A stretch of DNA of 64,000 nucleotides from Auanema rhodensis (lineage: Eukaryota > Animalia > Nematoda), in NCBI GenBank assembly GCA_964057225.1, contig OZ059894.1, positions 20,770,001 to 20,834,000 on the forward strand. Reading direction: 5' to 3'. Below the pieces are notes generated by a model. It was not told the origin of the DNA, ran no database searches, and was given only the letters and a program-made list of their open reading frames with translations. Shown one piece after another: positions 56,401 through 64,000 of this stretch (position 1 is the first letter of the stretch; every line of letters starts with the position of its first letter). The position numbers and the translations under genes were made by a program.

Positions 56401-59400
56401 ATTTTTTAAGGCAAAGACGATGGACAATGTTATTCAACGAAAAAATTGATTCTTCAGGGTGAAAATCGAAGATATAAGTGTAAACTTATATCAGTTGATA
56501 TCTCGGTGCATTTTGAAGCTAGCGCAAATCTGATAACACAGAACGACGCAGCTTAAAAATTCGCATCGAATGCACTATACTACATTGAGAAACGCTTAAT
56601 ACAAAAATTAGTTATGATCGTTTGAAAAATGATGCATTAGTGTATGTTGAGTTTCCATGTACACTCAACATTGCTTCCAAAAACATTTTGACAAAAATTT
56701 TTTCGAAAAATTTCGAAATAATTTAGCAAAAAGTAGATGTTTTTAGATTCCTTTTTTCAAGGCGAAGACGATGGACAATGTTATTCAACGAAAAAATTAA
56801 TTCTTCAGGGTGAAAATCGAGGATATAAGTGTGAACTTATATCAGTTGATATCTCGGTGCATTTTTAAGGTAGCGCAAATCTGATAACACAGATCGACGC
56901 AGCTTCAAAATCCGCATCGAATGCACTATACTACATTGAGAAACGCTTAATACAAAAATTAGTTATGATCGTTTGAAAAATGATGCATTAGTGTATGTTG
57001 AGTTTCCATGTACACTCAACATTGCTTCCAAAAACATTTTGACAAAAATTTTTTCGAAAAATTTCAAAATAATTTAGCAAAAAGTAGATGTTTTTAGATT
57101 CCTTTTTTCAAGGCAAAGACGATGGACAATGTTATTCAACGAAAAAATTAATTCTGCAGGGTGAAAATCGAGGATATAAGTGTGAACTTATATCAGTTGA
57201 TAACTCGGTGCATTTTTAAGCTAGCGCAAATCTGATAACACAGATCGACGCAACTTAAAAATCCGCATCGAATGCACTATACTACATTGAGAAACGCTTA
57301 ATACAAAAATTAGTTATGATCGTTTGAAAAATGATGCATTAGTGTATGTTGAGTTTCCATGTACACTCAACATTGCTTCCAAAAACATTTTGACAAAAAT
57401 TTTTTCGAAAAATTTCGAAATAATTTAGCAAAAAGTAGATGTTTTTAGATTCCATTTTTCAAAGCAAAGACGATGGACAATGTTATTCAACGAAAAAATT
57501 AATTCTTCAGGGTGAAAATCGAGGATATAAGTGTGAACTTATATCAGTTGATATCTCGGTGCATTTTTAAGCTAGCGCAAATCTGATAACACAGATCGAC
57601 GCAGCTTCAAAATCCGCATCGAATGCACTATACTACATTGAGAAACGCTTAATACAAAAATTAGTTATGATCGTTTGAAAAATGATGCATTAGTGTATGT
57701 TGAGTTTCCATGTACACTCAACATTGCTTCCAAAAACATTTTGACAAAAATTTTTTCGAAAAATTTCAAAATAATTTAGCAAAAAGTAGATGTTTTTAGA
57801 TTCCATTTTTCAAGGCAAAGACGATGGACGATGTTATTCAACGAAAAAATTGATTCTTCAGGGTGAAAATCGAGGATATAAGTGTGAACTTATATCAGTT
57901 GATATCTCGGTGCATTTTTAAGCTAGTGCAAATCTGATAACACAGATCGACGCAGCTTAAAAATCCGCATCGAATGCACTATACTACATTGAGAAACGCT
58001 TAATACAAAAATTAGTTATGATCGTTTGAAAAATGATGCATTAGTGTATGTTGAGTTTCCATGTACACTCAACATTGCTTCCAAAAACATTTTGACAAAA
58101 ATTTTTTCGAAAAATTTCAAAATAATTTAGCAAAAAGTAGATGTTTTTAGATTCCTTTTTTCAAGGCAAAGACGATGGACAATGTTATTCAACGAAAAAA
58201 TTAATTCTTCAGGGTGAAAATCGAGGATATAAGTGTGAACTTATATCAGTTGATATCTCGGTGCATTTTTAAGCTTTCGCAAATCTGATAACACAGATCG
58301 ACGCAACTTAAAAATCCGCATCGAATGCACTATACTACATTGAGAAACGCTTAATACAAAAATTAGTTATGATCGTTTGAAAAATGATGCATTAGTGTAT
58401 GTTGAGTTTCCATGTACACTCAACATTGCTTCCAAAAACATTTTGACAAAAATTTTTTCGAAAAATTTCAAAATAATTTAGCAAAAAGTAGATGTTTTTA
58501 GATTCCTTTTTTCAAGGCAAAGACGATGGACAATGTTATTCAACGAAAAAAATAATTCTTCAGGGTGAAAATCGAGGATATAAGTGTGAACTTATATCAG
58601 TTGATATCTCGGTGCATTTTTAAGCTAGCGCAAATCTGATAACACAGATCGACGCAGCTTAAAAATTCGCATCGAATGCACTATACTACATTGAGAAACG
58701 CTTAATACAAAAATTAGTTATGATCGTTTGAAAAATGATGCATTAGTGTATGTTGAGTTTCCATGTACACTCAACATTGCTTCCAAAAACATTTTGACAA
58801 AAATTTTTTCGAAAAATTTCAAAATAAATTAGCAAAAAGTAGATGTTTTTAGATTCCTATTTTCAAAGTAAAGACGATGGACAATGTTATTCAACGAAAA
58901 AATTAACTCTTCAGGGTGAAAATCGAGGATATAAGTGTGAACTTATATCAGTTGATATCTCGGTGCATTTTTAAGCTAGCGCAAATCTGATAACACAGAT
59001 CGACGCAGCTTAAAAATCCGCATCGAATGCACTATACTACATTGAGAAACGCTTAATACAAAAATTAGTTATGATCGTTTGAAAAATGATGCATTAGTGT
59101 ATGTTGAGTTTCCATGTACACTCAACATTGCTTCCAAAAACATTTTGACAAAAATTTTTTCGAAAAATTTCAAAATAATTTAGCAAAAAGTAGATGTTTT
59201 TAGATTCCTTTTTTCAAGGCAAAGACGATGGACAATGTTATTCAACGGAAAAATTAATTCTTCAGGGTGAAAATCGAGGATATAAGTGTGAACTTATATC
59301 AGTTGATATCTCGGTGCATTTTTAAGCTAGCGCAAATCTGATAACACAGATCGACGCAACTTAAAAATCCGCATCGAATGCACTATACTACATTGAGAAA

Positions 59401-62400
59401 CGCTTAATACAAAATCTAGTTATGATCGTTTGAAAAATGATGCATTAGTGTATGTTGAGTTTCCATGTACACTCAACATTGCTTCCAAAAACATTTTGAC
59501 AAAAATTTTTTCGAAAAATTTCAAAATAATTTAGCAAAAAGTAGATGTTTTTAGATTCCTTTTTTCAAGGCAAAGACGATGGACAATGTTATTCAACGGA
59601 AAAATTAATTCTTCAGGGTGAAAATCGAGGATATAAGTGTGAACTTATATCAGTTGATATCTCGGTGCATTTTTAAGCTAGCGCAAATCTGATAACACAG
59701 ATCGACGCAACTTAAAAATCCGCATCGAATGCACTATACTACATTGAGAAACGCTTAATACAAAATCTAGTTATGATCGTTTGAAAAATGATGCATTAGT
59801 GTATGTTGAGTTTCCATGTACACTCAACATTGCTTCCAAAAACATTTTGACAAAAATTTTTTCGAAAAATTTCAAAATAATTTAGCAAAAAGTAGATGTT
59901 TTTAGATTCCATTTTTCAAGGCAAAGACGATGGACAATGTTATTCAACGAAAAAATTGATTCTTCAGGGTGAAAATCGAGGATATAAGTGTGAACTTATA
60001 TCAGTTGATATCTCGGTGCATTTTTAAGCTAGCGCAAATCTGATAACACAGATCGACGCAACTTAAAAATCCGCATCGAATGCACTATACTACATTGAGA
60101 AACGCTTGATACAAAAATTAGTTATGATCGTTTGAAAAATGATGCATTAGTGTATGTTCAGTTTCCATGTACACTCAACATTGCTTCCAAAAACATTTTG
60201 ACAAAAATTTTTTCGAAAAATTTCAAAATAATTTAGCAAAAAGTAGATGTTTTTAGATTCCTTTTTTCAAGGCAAAGACGATGGACAATGTTATTCAACG
60301 AAAAAATTAATTCTTCAGGGTGAAAATCGAGGATATAAGTGTGAACTTATATCAGTTGATATCTCGGTGCATTTTTAAGCTAGCGCAAATCTGATAACAC
60401 AGATCGACGCAACTTAAAAATCCGCATCGAATGCACTATACTACATTGAGAAACGCTTAATACAAAAATTAGTTATGATCGTTTGAAAAATGATGCATTA
60501 GTGTATGTTGAGTTTCCATGTACACTCAACATTGCTTCCAAAAACATTTTGACAAAAATTTTTTCGAAAAATTTCAAAATAATTTAGCAAAAAGTAGATG
60601 TTTTTAGATTCCATTTTTTAAGGCAAAGACGATGGACAATGTTATTCAACGAAAAAATTGATTCTTCAGGGTGAAAATCGAAGATATAAGTGTAAACTTA
60701 TATCAGTTGATATCTCGGTGCATTTTTAAGCTAGCGCAAATCTGATAACACAGAACGACGCAGCTTAAAAATTCGCATCGAATGCACTATACTACATTGA
60801 GAAACGCTTAATACAAAAATTAGTTATGATCGTTTGAAAAATGATGCATTAGTGTATGTTGAGTTTCCATGTACACTCAACATTGCTTCCAAAAACATTT
60901 TGACAAAAATTTTTTCGAAAAATTTCGAAATAATTTAGCAAAAAGTAGATGTTTTTAGATTTCATTTTTCAAAGCAAAGACGATGGACAATGTTATTCAA
61001 CGAAAAAATTAATTCTTCAGGGTGAAAATCGAGGATATAAGTGTGAACTTATATCAGTTGATATCTCGGTGCATTTTTAAGCTAGCGCAAATCTGATAAC
61101 ACAGATCGACGCAGCTTCAAAATCCGCATCGAATGCACTATACTACATTGAGAAACGCTCAATACAAAAATTAGTTATGATCGTTTGAAAAATGATGCAT
61201 TAGTGTATGTTGAGTTTCCATGTACACTCAACATTGCTTCCAAAAACATTTTGACAAAAATTTTTTCGAGAAATTTCAAAATAATTTAGCAAAAAGTAGA
61301 TGTTTTTAGATTCCTTTTTTCAAGGCAAAGACGATGGACAATGTTATTCAACGAAAAAATTAATTCTTCAGGGTGAAAATCGAGGATATAAGTGTGAACT
61401 TATATCAGTTGATATCTCGGTGCATTTTTAAGCTAGCGCAAATCTGATAACACAGATCGACGCAGCTTCAAAATCCGCATCGAATGCACTATACTACATT
61501 GAGAAACGCTTAATACAAAAATTAGTTATGATCGTTTGAAAAATGATGCATTAGTGTATGTTGAGTTTCCATGTACACTCAACATTGCTTCCAAAAACAT
61601 TTTGACAAAAATTTTTTCGAAAAATTTCAAAATAATTTAGCAAAAAGTAGATGTTTTTAGATTCCTTTTTTCAAGGCAAAGACGATGGACAATGTTATTC
61701 AACGAAAAAATTAATTCTGCAGGGTGAAAATCGAGGATATAAGTGTGAACTTATATCAGTTGATATCTCGGTGCATTTTTAAGCTAGCGCAAATCTGATA
61801 ACACAGATCGACACAACTTAAAAATCCGCATCGAATGCACTATACTACATTGAGAAACGCTTAATACAAAAATTAGTTATGATCGTTTGAAAAATGATGC
61901 ATTAGTGTATGTTGAGTTTCCATGTACACTCAACATTGCTTCCAAAAACATTTTGACAAAAATTTTTTCGAAAAATTTCGAAATAATTTAGCAAAAAGTA
62001 GATGTTTTTAGATTCCATTTTTCAAAGCAAAGACGATGGACAATGTTATTCAACGAAAAAATTAATTCTTCAGGGTGAAAATCGAGGATATAAGTGTGAA
62101 CTTATATCAGTTGATATCTCGGTGCATTTTTAAGCTAGCGCAAATCTGATAACACAGATCGACGCAGCTTCAAAATCCGCATCGAATGCACTATACTACA
62201 TTGAAAAACGCTTAATACAAAAATTAGTTATGATCGTTTGAAAAATGATGCATTAGTGTATGTTGAGTTTCCATGTACACTCAACATTGCTTCCAAAAAC
62301 ATTTTGACAAAAATTTTTTCGAGAAATTTCAAAATAATTTAGCAAAAAGTAGATGTTTTTAGATTCCTTTTTTCAAGGCAAAGACGATGGACAATGTTAT

Positions 62401-64000
62401 TCAACGAAAAAATCAATTCTTCAGGGTGAAAATCGAGGATATAAGTGTAAACTTATATCAGTTGATATCTCGGTGCATTTTTAAGCTAGCGCAAATCTGA
62501 TAACACAGATCGACGCAGCTTCAAAATCCGCATCGAATGCACTATACTACATTGAGAAACGCTTAATACAAAAATTAGTTATGATCGTTTGAAAAATGAT
62601 GCATTAGTGTATGTTGAGTTTCCATGTACACTCAACATTGCTTCCAAAAACATTTTGACAAAAATTTTTTCGAAAAATTTCAAAATAATTTAGCAAAAAG
62701 TAGATGTTTTTAGATTCCATTTTTCAAGGCAAAGACGATGGACAATGTTATTCAACGAAAAAATTGATTCTTCAGGGTGAAATTCGAGGATATAAGTGTG
62801 AACTTATATCAGTTGATATCTCGGTGCATTTTTAAGCTAGTGCAAATCTGATAACACAGATCGACGCAGCTTAAAAATCCGCATCGAATGCACTATACTA
62901 CATTGAGAAACGCTTAATACAAAAATTAGTTATGATCGTTTGAAAAATGATGCATTAGTGTATGTTGAGTTTCCATGTACACTCAACATTGCTTCCAAAA
63001 ACATTTTGACAAAAATTTTTTCGAAAAATTTCAAAATAATTTAGCAAAAAGTAGATGTTTTTAGATTCCTTTTTTCAAGGCAAAGACGATGGACAATGTT
63101 ATTCAACGAAAAAATTAATTCTTCAGGGTGAAAATCGAGGATATAAGTGTGAACTTATATCAGTTGATATCTCGGTGCATTTTTAAGCTAGCGCAAACCT
63201 GATAACACAGATCGACGCAACTTAAAAATCCGCATCGAATGCACTATACTACATTGAGAAACGCTTAATACAAAAATTAGTTATGATCGTTTGAAAAATG
63301 ATGCATTAGTGTATGTTGAGTTTCCATGTACACTCAACATTGCTTCCAAAAACATTTTGACAAAAATTTTTTCGAAAAATTTCAAAATAATTTAGCAAAA
63401 AGTAGATGTTTTTAGATTCCATTTTTCAAGGCAAAGACGATGGACAATGTTATTCAACGAAAAAATTGATTCTTCAGGGTGAAAATCGAGGATATAAGTG
63501 TGAACTTATATCAGTTGATATCTCGGTGCATTTTTAAGCTAGCGCAAATCTGATAACACAGATCGACGCAGCTTAAAAATCCGCATCGAATGCACTATAC
63601 TACATTGAGAAACGCTTAATACAAAAATTAGTTATGATCGTTTGAAAAATGATGCATTAGTGTATGTTGAGTTTCCATGTACACTCAACATTGCTTCCAA
63701 AAACATTTTGACAAAAATTTTTTCGAAAAATTTCAAAATAATTTAGCAAAAAGTAGATGTTTTTAGATTCCTTTTTTCAAGGCAAAGACGATGGACAATG
63801 TTATTCAACGAAAAAATTAATTCTTCAGGGTGAAAATCGAGGATATAAGTGTGAACTTATATCAGTTGATATCTCGGTGCATTTTTAAGCTAGCGCAAAT
63901 CTGATAACACAGATCGACGCAACTTAAAAATCCGCATCGAATGCACTATACTACATTGAGAAACGCTTAATACAAAAATTAGTTATGATCGTTTGAAAAA
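41460..64000. repeat. 76-monomer higher-order unit, copy 2 (truncated by the window end)
   Basis: M120-M182 match M44-M106 variant for variant. Only two differences were spotted (33432 G vs 60117 A; 34475 T vs 61160 C). Confidence 0.95.

Larger units (their letters stand above)
1..64000. repeat. Satellite DNA array, 351-bp monomer, about 182.3 head-to-tail copies, extending beyond both window edges
   Basis: CTGATAACACAGATCGACGC recurs at 1, 352, 703 ... 7021, 14041, 21061 (exact multiples of 351), and at 35461, 42481, 49501 (+9) and 56881, 63901 (+18) after A-tract expansions. Monomers differ by only a few substitutions. M1 has 111 G+C in 351 bp. Most monomers carry one NheI (pos 340-345), one EcoRV (319-324) and one NsiI (103-108) site. 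Confidence 0.99.

Noticed and set aside
1-64000. CRISPR array or other repeat-spacer system
   Set aside because: There are no unique spacers; the entire 351-bp unit is repeated, and no cas or other genes are present.
1-64000. Coding tandem repeat (351 = 117 codons) or a 5S/tRNA/snRNA gene array
   Set aside because: The ORF track shows nothing longer than 63 aa and nothing crossing monomers, and I recognised no RNA gene sequence.

Overview
The whole 64-kb window is one uninterrupted, single-orientation tandem array of an AT-rich (about 32% GC) 351-bp satellite monomer: 182 complete copies plus 100 bp of a 183rd (numbered M1-M183 here; Mn starts at 1+351(n-1), shifted by A-tract expansions after M77, M82, M153 and M158). 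I see no genes, RNA genes, transposon insertions, inversions or CRISPR spacers. The five 63-aa ORFs arise from one SNP that removes a stop codon. This looks like eukaryotic (peri)centromeric or heterochromatic satellite DNA; its CpG excess suggests a weakly methylated genome, but I cannot name the family or organism. The interesting content is in the variant pattern. Diagnostic SNPs reveal nested duplications of 1, 2, 5, 6, 10 and 20/21 monomers, and a near-identical 76-monomer (26,685 bp) unit repeated in tandem with a mappable chimeric junction monomer. The monomer is rich in dyad symmetries and its length is almost invariant. All comparisons were made by eye, so SNP counts are minimum values.
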